Below, in pieces: positions 17,724 to 28,996 of a stretch of DNA of 64,000 nt. The stretch covers positions 6,485-70,484 of the forward strand of contig CAVOIK010000022.1 of assembly GCA_963695895.1 (NCBI GenBank), read 5' to 3'. Under the pieces are notes generated by a model. The model was not told where the DNA came from. It did no database searches and saw only the letters and a program-made list of their open reading frames with translations. How positions within the stretch are numbered: position 1 is the stretch's first letter; each line of letters starts with the position of its first letter. The stretch comes from an uncultured delta proteobacterium. GTDB lineage: Bacteria; Desulfobacterota; BSN033; UBA1163. Made by a program: the position numbers and the translations under genes.

Positions 17724-20700
17724 ATGAGGAGAAAACTACTGCCGTTGTCTCTGGGCTTCTATTTTCTGATCTCGCCTTTGGCCTTTGCGGCCGGCGATCC
17801 CCAGGTTGAGTTCTTCTCCCCTCAGGGGACTGTCAAAACGGTTCGGCAGGTCAGTGTTCGGTTTTCCGAGGCCATGGTCCCTCTGGGCGATCCTCGAGGC
17901 TTCATCGAACCTTTTGAGGCGGTCTGTTCAGAGAAAGGAAACGGCCGATGGGCTGACGGCAGGAACTGGGTCTTTGATTTCGAACGAGATCTTCCAGCAG
18001 GAATTCGATGTGAATTCCGTTTGAAGCCAGACGTAAGAAGCCTATCGGGAAAGGAAGTGGTCGGCCAGAAAATCTTCTCCTTTTCTACAGGAGGTCCCTC
18101 CATTCGGTTCTCTATCCCTCACGAAGGGGAACAATCCCTCGACGAGGAGCAGATCTTCATCCTTGCCCTGGATGCGGAACCGGATGACTCCTCTGTCCTG
18201 CAGAATGTCACCTTCTCGGTTGAAGGGATTGAGAGCCATGCAGGGATCAGAATCATCGAGGGAAATGAGAGAAAGGAGATCCTTAAGACCCGATTCCGGA
18301 ATCGCAAACCTCCAGAATTTCCGCTTCTTCTTATCCAGTGCACACAACGGTTTCCTTCCGATTCGAAGGTCAGTCTGATCTGGGGAAAAGGGGTCATGTC
18401 AAAGACCGGGGTCACCGGCGGCCAGGATCAGATCTTGCGGTTTCAGACAAGAAAACCCTTCTCTGCCGAGTTTCACTGTGAACGAGAGAATCCCAGGGCT
18501 GATTGTATTCCCCTCCTGCCCATGACCCTGAGCTTTTCTGCCCCCATCTCGAAAGACGAAGCGAGCAAAATTGTCCTGAGAAGTGCTGACGGAAAAACGT
18601 GGAGACAGAAGCCATTGGAGGACGACGAGGCGAGCTATGTCTCGTTCCCCGGGCCCTTCCCGGAGAAAACAAATTTTACTGTCGAACTTCCTCTGAGACT
18701 CAAAGATGACGCTGAGAGGCCTCTCACGAATGCGGACAAGTTCCCTCTTGCCATCCGAACAGACAGTTATCCTCCCTTGGCCAAGTTCGCCGCACGATTT
18801 GGCATCTTGGAGCTGAAGGCAGATCCACAGCTCCCGGTGACCTTAAGGAATTTGGAGCCCGAAGTGAAAGCAAGGGTAGTCAGGATTGACAAGGGAGAGG
18901 GGCTCACAGGAAAAATCATGGGGAAGATTCTGAAACTCCCTGTCGGAAGAGGAGAGCAGGTTCAAGCTTGGCTGAGGAGGGTTGCTTCGGCGTCTCGAGA
19001 TCGATCGATTCTGGCTGAGGAGAAACAGGCGAAGGAATTCAAGGTTCCGAAACCCATGGGATCTCGGGCCTTTGAAGTGGTTGGTATGCCCCTGAAAAAC
19101 CCGGGGCTCTATGTGGTCGAGCTTGAGAGTGCCATCCTCGGAACCGCACTCCTAAGTCCCCCCCAGTCCATGTACGTGCCGACAGCGGCCTGGTCACCAA
19201 TCTTTCAGTCCACTTCAAATGGGGCCGGGAATCCTCTCTCGTGTGGGTGACTACGCTCGACAAAGGGGAGCCTGTCAAGGACGCCACGGTGACCATCAGA
19301 GACTGCCAAGAAAACACGTTGTGGATTGGAAAGACGGACGCCCAGGGTTTGGCTCGGGTTGAGATTTCTCTGCCTTCTCTCGATCGGCTTCCCCGATGTG
19401 ATTACAAAACCGATCACTACGATGCCCCTCAGATGGGAGCGCTCAATTCCCTTTGGAGCGGACTCTTCATCATGGCTTCGACCCCGGACGATATGTCTTT
19501 TGTCCATTCCAGTTGGGACGAAGGGATCGAACCTTGGAGGTTTCAACTTCCTTATGAATATGACTCCGATGCCGTCGTGGCGCATACGATCTTAGATCGT
19601 GCCCTCTTTCGAGCCGGGGAAACGGTCCACATGAAGCACGTGCTGCGCAGACACACCACGAAAGGCTTCTCCGTCGCTCCGAGCTCAAAGATGCCTAACC
19701 GGGTTTTCGTCAGGCATTCCGGAAGCGAAGAGAAGTATGAGTTCCCCATCACGTGGGATCGGAGTGGAGTGGCGGAAACGACTTGGAATATTCCCAAGGA
19801 GGCAAAACTTGGAAGCTACGAAGTGATTCTTACCAAGGCATTGGACCAAAAGAAAGGAGCAGTGCCTGGAGATGCGGCTGAAGGACAGGAACGCCAACCC
19901 TCATGGACTTCGGGCCGATTCAGGGTGGAAGAGTTTCGCATTCCTCTGACCAAAGGAACCGTCCAGCCCCCTGCGGGTCCACTGGTTAAACCGCAAGAGA
20001 TTCCTTTTGACCTCAGTGTTCAATATCTGGCGGGTGGAGGTGCAGCTTTCCTTCCTGTCAAGTTTCGTCATGAGATCAAGAGCCGATCTGTTGCGCCCTT
20101 CGAAGGATTCGATGAGTTCATCTTTGGGAATGGTCCTGTCAAAGAAGGACTTGTTCGAAGGGGAGAACCTTTGGAATCGGAGGAAGAAGAGGGGGATTCG
20201 GAAAGAAGGGGGACTCCACCGCCAGCGACCGATCTTACTCTGGATCGCTATGGAACTGTTCGAACCACCCTCTCGAATCTACCCGAGATTGAGGAGCCTA
20301 AGGAACTTCTTGCAGAACTGGAGTTCAGGGATCCAAACGGTGAGATTCAGACCGTCTCGTCCAAGATTCCTTTGTGGCATGCAAGGACTCTGGTGGGAAT
20401 TAAACCGGACTCATGGGCCATGTCAAAGGAGACCTTCAAATTCCACACGGCAGTTGTAGACTTGACAGGGAAACCGATGGAAGGCGTGCGGGTCAAAATT
20501 GATCTTCTGCAAAGGAAAACTTACACCCACCGAAAACGGCTTGTGGGAGGATTCTATGCCTACGAGCATTCCACAGAGATTAAGAAGGTGGGCAGCCTCT
20601 GCGAGGGAACGACAGACTCGAAAGGGTTGCTGATCTGCGATGTGCGGTCTCCGGTTTCTGGAAATGTGATCCTTCAAGCGGACATTCTGGATGATCGGGG

Positions 20701-23421
20701 GAACCGGAGTGTGGCTCATCGGGACGTGTGGATTGCCGGGAAAGAGGAATGGTGGTTCGAGGTTGGCGATCATGACCGGATCGATTTGCTCCCGGAGAGA
20801 AAGCGGTATGAGCCTGGAGAAAAGGCAACGTTTCAAGTCCGCATGCCCTTCCGGGAGGCGACCGCACTCGTCACCGTGGAGAGAGAAGGGGTGATGGAGG
20901 CGTGGGTACAAAAGCTCTCCGGAAAGAACCCGGTCCTCGAAGTTCCCATCAAGGGGAACTATGCACCGAACGTTTATGTGTCCGCTCTCGTGGTGAGAGG
21001 TCGCGTCGCAGGGGTTCAACCTACGGCGCTGGTGGACCTTGGAAAACCTGCTTACAAACTCGGCATCGCCGAGATCCAGGTGGGTTGGAAAGCTCATGAG
21101 CTGAAAGTGAGCGTTTCATCGGCTCGGAAGGTCTACAGAGTTCGTGAGAAGGCGAAGGTTAGGATCCGGGTGAGAACAGCGGATGGAAAAATTCCTCCGC
21201 CTGGGAGCGAGGTGGCTGTCGCTGCAGTGGATGAGGGTCTTCTTGAATTGATGCCCAACCGCAGTTGGGAACTGCTGTCTGCCATGATGGGACGAAGAGC
21301 CTATGACGTCCGTACCGCCACGGCGCAGATGCAAGTCATCGGCAAGCGTCACTTCGGGTTGAAGTCATTCCCCCAAGGAGGGGGAGGGGGAGACAGCCCA
21401 CCCGGGAAATGTTCGATACCCTTCTTTTGTGGAAAGCTCGCGTACCGTTGGATCTTGAAGGAGAGGCTTCGGTGGATATTCCCCTCAATGACTCCGTCAC
21501 GAGTTTCAAGGTCGTGGCAGTTGCCACTGGAGGGACGGGACTCTTTGGAACAGGGGCCACATCGATTCAGTCGACTCAGAACTTAATGATCCTTTCAGGG
21601 TTGCCCCCTCTCGTGAGGGAAGGGGATCAGTTCAAGGCAGGATTTACGCTTCGGAACACGACAGCGGGCAGCATGGACGTGGAGCTTTCAGCGAAGGTCG
21701 AGGGCCTCCGAAATCAACCCAACCCCATGGTCGTTTCTCTGGCGTCAGGAGAGGCCAAAGAGGTCGGATGGGATGTGATGGCTCCGATCGGTGTCAACAA
21801 GCTTCAATGGGAACTGGAAGCATCTGAGCGCGGTTCCCCTGAGAAGGATCGCATCAAGATCAACCAGAGGGTTACCCCGGTCGTACCGGTGAGTGTGTTT
21901 CAGGGAACGATCATTCAACTCGATAGAGATCTTACGGTTTCCGTGGATCGGCCCCAGGATGCCATTCCGGGCCGTGGGGGTGTAAGGGTCACCCTTCGCC
22001 CCAAACTCAGCCAGGGATTGAGTGGGGTTACCGACTATATGGTCGGATATCCTTACCTTTGTATGGAGCAGAAAATCTCTGTGGCCGTCGCTCTGCGGGA
22101 TGAGAACCGGTGGAAGAGGGTGATGTCTGAATTGCCGACTCATCTCGATGCCGATGGGTTGGTCAAGTATTTTGCCAGCATGACGTGGGGCAGTCCCACT
22201 CTCACCTCCTATATTCTTGCAATTGCTCACGAAGCGGGCTGGAGTATTCCTGAGGAAACGAAGGGGAAGATGGAGACGGCGCTGCGCAATTTTGTGGAAG
22301 GATCCATCGTCCGATATTCTCCCATCCCCACAGCCGATTTGTCGATCCGAAAATTGTCGGCTGTCGAAGCGCTTTCAAGATATCGAAAAGCTGAAGCGAA
22401 GCTGTTGAGTTCCATCTCCATCGAGCCCAATCTTTGGCCAACGTCGGCCGTCATCGATTGGTTGAACATTCTCCAAAATATGGGTGACCTTCCGAGCCGG
22501 ACGGATCGGATAAAAGAGGCCGAGCAGATCCTGCGATCGCGGCTCAATTTTCAAGGGACCACCTTGGGTTTTTCAACCGAGAAGACCGATGCCCTGTGGT
22601 GGTTGATGATCTCCAATGACGTCAATGCCGTCCGTGCCGTCCTGTCCCTTCTTCCTCTTGAACGGTGGAAAGAGGATCTGCCAAGGATCGTTCAGGGAGC
22701 GTTGGGCCGACAGAAGAACGGAAGGTGGGATCTGACGCTCGCCAATGCTTGGGGCATGATGGCCATGGAAAAATTTTCGAAGGTTTTCGAAGCCATCTCT
22801 GTCAGTGGATCCACCCGAGCCACTCTTTCAAGCCAGTCTCAGATCACGGACTGGAGCGCATCCCCACAGGGAAAGGACTCTCTATTCCCATGGCCGATGA
22901 AAAGGGAGGATCTTTCTCTCACCCATCAGGGAACTGGAAAACCCTGGGCCACCCTCCAGAGCCTTGCGGCGATTCCTCTCAAAGAGTCTCTATCGAGCGG
23001 GTACAAGATAAAAAGAACGGTCATTCCGATGGAACGGAAGGACAACAACGCGTGGAGCCGTGGCGATATCTTGCGAGTCCGGCTGGAGGTCGAAGCCCAG
23101 GCTGACCAAACCTGGGTGGTCGTGAGTGACCCGGTGCCTGCAGGAGCCACGATCCTCGGAAGTGGCCTCGGAAGGGACTCACAGCTCTTGTCCCAGGGAG
23201 AAGAGTGGAAAGGGATGGCGTGGTTGGCTTACGAGGAACGCTCTTTTGAGGCCTATCGGGCCTACTATGAATATGTCCCCAAAGGGAAATGGGTTTTGGA
23301 GTACACCCTGCGATTGAATCAAAGTGGAGTTTTCCAGCTTCCAACGACCAGAGTGGAGGCGCTTTATTTCCCGGAGATGTTCGGAGAGATTCCGAATCAA
23401 ACGATGAAGATACAACCCTGA
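17724..23421 (+). pseudogene. Bacterial alpha-2-macroglobulin family protein, two frame disruptions (about 19190 and about 21385)
   Basis: Three consecutive ORFs (17688-19250, 19241-21586, 21409-23421) read through as one roughly 1900-aa protein. It has a signal peptide and the thioester-type motif GYPYLCMEQ (CMEQ at 22060-22071). The indels fall at a CC(C) run and a GGGGG run. Confidence 0.85.
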
Positions 23422-23450
23422 GGAGAACGTACCCCTTTTTGACCGGCAAA

Positions 23451-23551
23451 TGCCCCGTAAGCCCCGCCCTTGAGGGTGGGGTCGAGGGGCACAATATAAA
23501 AGAAGTACCTTACCGGGAAGCCTCGCCCTTTAGGGCGTGGAGCTTCACTTT
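23451..23551. repeat. Two REP-like GC-rich palindromic units
   Basis: GCCCCGCCCTTGAGGGTGGGG and CCTCGCCCTTTAGGGCGTGGAGCTTCAC belong to the same family as 28905, 31141, 37499, 55975 and 56079. Confidence 0.7.
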
Positions 23552-23789
23552 GGATGAGGCACGAGGAGGACCCCGGCCAGGAATGCTTTCGAAGCGTTAG
23601 AATGCGGTCTTTTGGCAATGTTATGGGAAACAGGCGTGATGCTTTAGCGAGGCGAGAGCAATGTGCTGGAGACCCAAGCAGGGCGCACGAAAAGGTTTCC
23701 GCTCTAACGCTTCTCCAGCATCCCTGGCCGGTGTCCTTGCGAGATTTGGAACTCACTGCTTCCTCTCAGAGGATTTTGTGAGAAATGGT

Positions 23790-25930
23790 ATGAGAGTTTG
23801 TATGAAGAGACGTTTGATCTGTGTCGTGGTTTTCACATTGGTTACAGGTGGGCTGGCACATGCCCTGCCGTCCTTTGATGAGGTCCGCACGTCTTTTGTA
23901 AAATCCGATTCTCTTTTACTCGATCGACATGGAGACGTCCTCCATGAATTGAGAGTGGATCAAGAAGCAAAGAAGGCTCGATTGGACACCTCTCAAGACG
24001 ATTTCCCCTGTTTTGCAGGAGGCGGTCATTCAGGCCGAGGACAGACGGTTCTATGATCACGAGGGTGTGGATTATCGTTCCATGGCAGCCGCCGTGATCC
24101 AAGGGTTAACGACCGAAAGCCTTCGAGGGGCGAGTACGATCTCCATGCAAGTGGTCTCTCTGTTGAATAAGAATCTCCAGGCCAAACAACAGAGGAAGTC
24201 CCTGTGGCAAAAGGGACAGCAAATTCTGGAGGCATTGGACATTGAAAAAGAATGGTCCAAAGAGGAAATTCTGGAAACCTATCTGAACCTCGTGACATTT
24301 CGCGGAGAACTTCAAGGAATTTCTGCGGCCTCAAGGGGGCTCTTTGGAAAGGATCCCCATGGTTTGGAGCAGGCAGAATCTCTCCTCCTCGCTTCGCTCA
24401 TTCGGGCCCCCAATGCCTCGATGAAGGACGTGGTGAAGAGAGCCTGTCATCTCGGTGAGACGCTGGGGTGGCAGGTGGATGCTCAAGAGGTCGAATTGGA
24501 AGCGCGGGAGGTCAGCCTGGGCCGCAACGATGTGCGACCGAGAATGGCCCTTGCTCCTCATGTGGCCCGGCAGTTATTGCGGTTGCATCCAGAGTCAACA
24601 GTCATCCCCTGCACCTTGGATGGACGAGTTCAACAATTTGTCCTTGATCGGTTGACGCATCACCTTTGTACGTTACAGTCGCAGAATGTGAAGGACGGGG
24701 CGGTTCTGGTCGTAGAAAACCGTACGGGAGAGGTTCTCGCCTATGTGAGCCATGCGGGAGAACCCTCCCACTCCCGCTTCGTCGATGGCGTTGTGGCCAG
24801 AAGACAGGCAGGTTCAGCCTTAAAGCCCTTTCTTTATGCCGTTGCTTTTGAGCGAAGAATTCTTGACGCCGGTCTCACTGTTGGATGACACGCCTCTGGA
24901 TCTTGCCGTGATCCGTGGGATCTATCAGCCTAAGAACTATGATTCCCAATTCAAAGGACTCGTCACTTCCAGGGTCGCTCTCGCTTCCTCTCTGAATGTT
25001 CCTGCCGTGAAAACCTTGTCGCTGGTAGGGATCGAACCTTTTCTGAGCAAACTGCGTCAGCTGGGGTTTGGAGGACTCAACGAGTCTGGTGATTTCTATG
25101 GTCCTTCCCTTGCACTCGGATCCGCGGATGTGAGCCTGTGGGAACTCGTGAATGCCTATCGAACGCTGGCCAATGAGGGTCTTTGGAGTGAGCTTCGTTT
25201 TACGCGAGAGAAAGACCTCACGACGTGCTCACGAAAAGTGTTCTCAAGGGAAGCGGTCTTTCTCATCTCTGATATTCTCTCTGATCGCGGAGCCAGGAGT
25301 CTTACCTTTGGTCTGGAGAATCCGTTGGCCACACGTTTTTGGACAGCGGTCAAGACAGGCACGAGCAAAGAGATGAGGGATAATTGGTGTATCGGATATT
25401 CAAACCGATACACGGTGGGTGTTTGGGTAGGAAATTTCACTGGGGAGGCCATGTGGAATGTCAGCGGTATTACCGGAGCAGCTCCCATTTGGGCTGAAGT
25501 GATGAACTTCCTCCATCAGAAGGAAGGAAGTGTGAAAAGTAGGCCGCCGGCGAGTTTGGTGAGGAGCAGAGTCCAATATTCCGGGGAGGGTGAGACGCGT
25601 GAAGAGGAGTGGTTTATCCGTGGGACGGAGCCCCATGTGAAACATCCAAGAACAGGCCAATTCAACCGTCGAATTGTTTATCCGCCATCCGGCGCCGTCA
25701 TTGCGTGGGATCCGGATATTCCACCTGAGCTTCAAAAAGTCTTCTTCGTTTCCCAGACCAGCGAAGGGAGTCTTCAATGGATTCTGAATGGGGAAACCAT
25801 GGACAGGGTTGGGAAAACGGTTTCCTGGACCCCGAAGGCTGGAAAATACGCTCTTGCCCTTGCAGACCCAGAAGGCAACATTTTAGATTGTGTCTATTTT
25901 GAAGTCCGAGGTCCTGAGCTTCACCCGTGA
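23790..25930 (+). pseudogene. pbpC: Penicillin-binding protein 1C, two frame disruptions (about 23980 and about 24865)
   Basis: Glycosyltransferase motif QAEDRRFYDHEGVD, transpeptidase SALKPF (SxxK), and the PBP1C-type C-terminal domain. It lies immediately downstream of the macroglobulin gene. Confidence 0.85.
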
Positions 25931-25963
25931 CCCCATTTCTCAGGGATTTATGAACGACGAAAC

Positions 25964-26602
25964 ATGAACAGGTCCACTTCCTCTAAAATCCAATGTGTCA
26001 TCTATGACTGTGACGGAGTTCTCTTCGATTCCTTGGAGACAAACCAAAGATTGTACAATGATCTCTGTGGTTCGGTTGGGAGGCCTCCCTTGAGGGAAGG
26101 GGAGATTCAGTACGTTCATAGTCACACCGTTTACGAAGCGATCCACTATCTCTTCCCAGGCGACGAGGAGCTCGAGAAAAAGGCGTTGGAGCAACTGAAG
26201 AAGATCCATCTGAGAGACTATATCGTTCACTTGAAAATGGAACCTCATCTCCTCGAGACATTGGAGTGGCTAAAGAAAAAGGGAATCCATCGAGCCATCA
26301 ACACCAACCGAACGACATCGATGCCCTTCATCATGGAGAGATTCAATCTTTGGCCTTATTTTGACATGGTGGTCACGGCCCTCGACGTGAAACATCCGAA
26401 GCCTCACCCCGAATCGATTGAGAAGATTGTCAAGGCGTTGAATGTGAATCGGGATGAAATCCTGTATGTGGGAGATTCTGACGTTGATAGGCAGACGGCC
26501 AGCGCGTCAGGGGTCAGGTTTGTTGCTTACAAAAATAAGAGGATTATAGAGACGATCTTGATCCAAGACCATCTCGAGATCCTGGCCTTTGTTGATGAAT
26601 GA
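25964..26602 (+). CDS. HAD-superfamily hydrolase (phosphoglycolate-phosphatase-like)
   Basis: VIYDCDGVLFDS (DxDG motif I), NTNR, and GDSDVD motif IV. Confidence 0.8.
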   Translation: MNRSTSSKIQCVIYDCDGVLFDSLETNQRLYNDLCGSVGRPPLREGEIQYVHSHTVYEAIHYLFPGDEELEKKALEQLKKIHLRDYIVHLKMEPHLLETLEWLKKKGIHRAINTNRTTSMPFIMERFNLWPYFDMVVTALDVKHPKPHPESIEKIVKALNVNRDEILYVGDSDVDRQTASASGVRFVAYKNKRIIETILIQDHLEILAFVDE

Positions 26603-26692
26603 CGAAAACCAAGCATCACGGGTTCAAGCGAAAGCCCATTTGAAATGGAGCTCGAGACGTGAATCGAAAGGTGCGGTTGAAGGGACCACCAC

Positions 26693-26735
26693 TTCGGAAG
26701 GATTATGTGGCACTGGATGCCACACATCCTTCCGA
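26693..26735. terminator. Long imperfect hairpin between convergent genes
   Basis: TTCGGAAGG..ATGTGGCA-CTGG-TGCCACACAT-CCTTCCGAA. It has no clear U-tract on either strand. Confidence 0.3.
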
Positions 26736-26779
26736 AAAGCCATGGGAACATCGTACAATGTTAGGTCAAGAGAGGTGCT

Positions 26780-27754
26780 TCATTTCATCGTTTTGACCGG
26801 ATTATCCTTCTTCTTCTCGATCATCGCGCTGTTTTGGTCAAGCAATGTGTGAAGCCGTTCCTTTTCTTGAGCGGTCAGTTTATTGGCGGTCCTCAGACGA
26901 GCCTCCTCTCCTTTTACAAAGTCTAAATTCTCAAGCAGTATTTTAGATTCGTCTGATGTAAGCTTCTTCGATTTAGTAGCGTTGTCAATCCGTCGCTGCT
27001 GCTTAGCAAATCGTTCCGGGATCGTCATTTTCCGCTCAGTGAGCGCCCTGTGCTCTGCGAGATCCTTTACCGGGTTGTTCTTCTTATCTTTGATCATCTT
27101 GTCGTTATCCGCGAGCATCTCGAGGAGGTCAGCCTTGTCCTCTTTTGAGAGCGTCCCATCTGCGCGGAAGCCAGTCTCCTCCTCGCGGATTTTATCGAGA
27201 TTACTCTGAAGGGTCTTTGATTCGTTCAAGGTAAACTGTTTCGATTTGATCCCTTCATCGATCCTCTTTTGCTGGCTTGCGATCTTTTCTTTGATCTCAG
27301 GGTCTTGAGCCGCTGGAGTTGGGACCGCGGTTTTTGCTGGCGCCGGAGTGGCTGCAGGGGCCGCTGTAGTCGGGGTTGCGGGTGTTGCTGCAGCTGTAGC
27401 GGCAGTTGTTGGGACGGCTATTGCCGTTATAGGGTACTTCTTCTTGTCCTGAATCATCTTATTGTTCTGGTCGAGCAACTTGTTGAGCTGGGTCTTTTCC
27501 TCTGCTGTAATCTTTCCGTCTCCCTGGAGGCGCACTCCTTCCTGACGGATTTGGCTCAGATTGTCCTGAAGTATCTTTGCTTCCTCCTGAGTAAGTTGTT
27601 TTGACTTTACCCCTTCAGCAACCCTATTTGTCTGGTTTGTTAACCTCTGTTCGATGTCCTTGTCCACCAGAGTCTGGCTGAATGTTTGAGAACTACTTGC
27701 GCCCAAAAAAATCACTGCTACGAAAATCACCCACCACACATGTAACCTTCTCAT
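26780..27754 (-). CDS. Secreted protein with three ~75-aa internal repeats and an Ala/Thr/Pro linker
   Basis: Start at 27754 behind AAAGGAGAAAC, with signal peptide MRRLHVWWVIFVAVIFLGASS. The repeats resemble QQKRIDEGIKSKQFTLNESKTLQSNLDKIREEE...DKMIKDKKNNP. Function is unknown. Confidence 0.7.
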   Translation of the reverse strand: MRRLHVWWVIFVAVIFLGASSSQTFSQTLVDKDIEQRLTNQTNRVAEGVKSKQLTQEEAKILQDNLSQIRQEGVRLQGDGKITAEEKTQLNKLLDQNNKMIQDKKKYPITAIAVPTTAATAAATPATPTTAAPAATPAPAKTAVPTPAAQDPEIKEKIASQQKRIDEGIKSKQFTLNESKTLQSNLDKIREEETGFRADGTLSKEDKADLLEMLADNDKMIKDKKNNPVKDLAEHRALTERKMTIPERFAKQQRRIDNATKSKKLTSDESKILLENLDFVKGEEARLRTANKLTAQEKERLHTLLDQNSAMIEKKKDNPVKTMK

Positions 27755-27897
27755 ATCGTTTCTCCTTTCTGACCATTGTCTATTGCCGACACAAATTTTG
27801 GACTCCTGAATCTTAAACAATGTACCAATTTTAATAATACAATTGGAATCAAGAAAAGTAAATGGGATGGTTCCAGATGAGACCTTGATGTTACTGT

Positions 27898-28344
27898 TCA
27901 GGTTCCGAGTTTTTCTCCCACCGCCTTCCCATAGTCGTGGCAGGCTTTCATGCCTTCTCGTGTTTCAACGATATCTTCTTTCAGATTCATAGAGCCGAGG
28001 TCTGTCATGTTCATTTTGAACACATGCTCCATGGTGTCGTAGATCAGCTTGGGTGCGTCGCCACTGTGAGTATACGAGCCGAAGGTCCCTCCCACCTTCC
28101 CCTCCGGGTTAGCCTTTTTTGCCAGAAAAAGAAAGGTCTTCATGTTCTCTGTCATGTCGCGGTGATAGGTTGGAGAGCCAAAGACATAACCGTCGTATCC
28201 TAACAGATCTTTCTCATTCTTGATCTGGGTGATCCTCTTAGTCTCTGCCTCGTGGCCACTGATTCGAATCCCTTCTGCAATGTACTCTGCCATCTGTTGA
28301 GTCTTCCCCGTGAGGCTGACGTAAGCCACCAAGACCTTTTTCAT
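27898..28344 (-). CDS. Short-chain flavodoxin
   Basis: 148 aa, MKKVLVAYVSLTGKTQQMAE... (FMN phosphate loop S/T-x-T-G-x-T). Confidence 0.85.
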   Translation of the reverse strand: MKKVLVAYVSLTGKTQQMAEYIAEGIRISGHEAETKRITQIKNEKDLLGYDGYVFGSPTYHRDMTENMKTFLFLAKKANPEGKVGGTFGSYTHSGDAPKLIYDTMEHVFKMNMTDLGSMNLKEDIVETREGMKACHDYGKAVGEKLGT

Positions 28345-28459
28345 CCTGAGCCCTCCTATGGTAAATATGAGACTCTATTTGAAAGGTGAAGTAAGAACAA
28401 GTACTTATGAAATGATTACCATGTCGGACCAATGATTGTCAAGAAAGACATCGGAAGAA

Positions 28460-28695
28460 GTAACCCCTCAGTTACCGGTCACGCCATTGTCCCCGGAGGT
28501 CGACCTGCTCCGTCCTCGCGTTCCAGAGGCGGGGTTTTAAACGTGACCCTAACTAAGCTCTGGGCATTGATGGACGGTGATTTGCCAGGAGTCGCGGTGA
28601 GTCCTTCGCAAAAGGATCCGCCACCGGACCGCTGCGGGTGAGCAGGTCAACCTCCGTGGAATGGGGGGGCTGCTGTGCGGTAACTGAGGGGTTAC
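28460..28695 (+). mobile_element. 236-bp MITE, copy 1
   Basis: 18-bp perfect TIRs GTAACCCCTCAGTTACCG / CGGTAACTGAGGGGTTAC. The 8-bp duplication CGGAAGAA lies at 28452-28459 and 28696-28703. Confidence 0.85.
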
Positions 28696-28904
28696 CGGAA
28701 GAAGGATATTGCGCTTGACTAAGCTGCAAATTTAGAGAATATTAAAAGTAGGGTGCACTTGTTCGGGTGGGGGCAAGAAACTTCAGAGGCAGCGACAGCG
28801 AATGGCCTCTTCTGATCCTTTCCTGACGGTGTGGGTTTTTCCACATTGATCCATTGACCACGTTAAAATGACGCAACCTCACGGACCCGGGGGGACCGGC
28901 AAGT

Positions 28905-28940
28905 GCCCCGTCCCGCCCTTTAGGGCGGGGAGCTTCACTT
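28905..28940. repeat. REP-like unit GCCCCGTCCCGCCCTTTAGGGCGGGGAGCTTCACTT
   Basis: Palindromic core CCCGCCCT-TTA-GGGCGGG with the conserved AGCTTCAC tail. Confidence 0.75.
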
Positions 28941-28996
28941 CCTGTTGTGATCCTCTAGGGTCATGAGGAAAAATTTGGCCATCGTGGAGACCGAAG

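Noticed and set aside
28432-28641. A 69-aa ORF inside MITE copy 1, and the idea that the 236-bp unit is a riboswitch or other cis-regulatory RNA. It lies upstream of folate-pathway genes; ZTP, THF, cobalamin and Moco motifs were considered.
   Set aside because: The ORF has no RBS, and it is not preserved as an ORF of tracked size in copy 2. I could not match the conserved cores of those riboswitch classes. Perfect 18-bp termini plus copy-specific 8-bp flanking duplications are explained far better by transposition. The differences between the copies gave no clear compensatory pairs.
28460-28695. Retron-like msr/msd interpretation of the long inverted termini (a1/a2-style).
   Set aside because: No reverse transcriptase gene lies adjacent to either copy, and the flanking target duplications point to a MITE.
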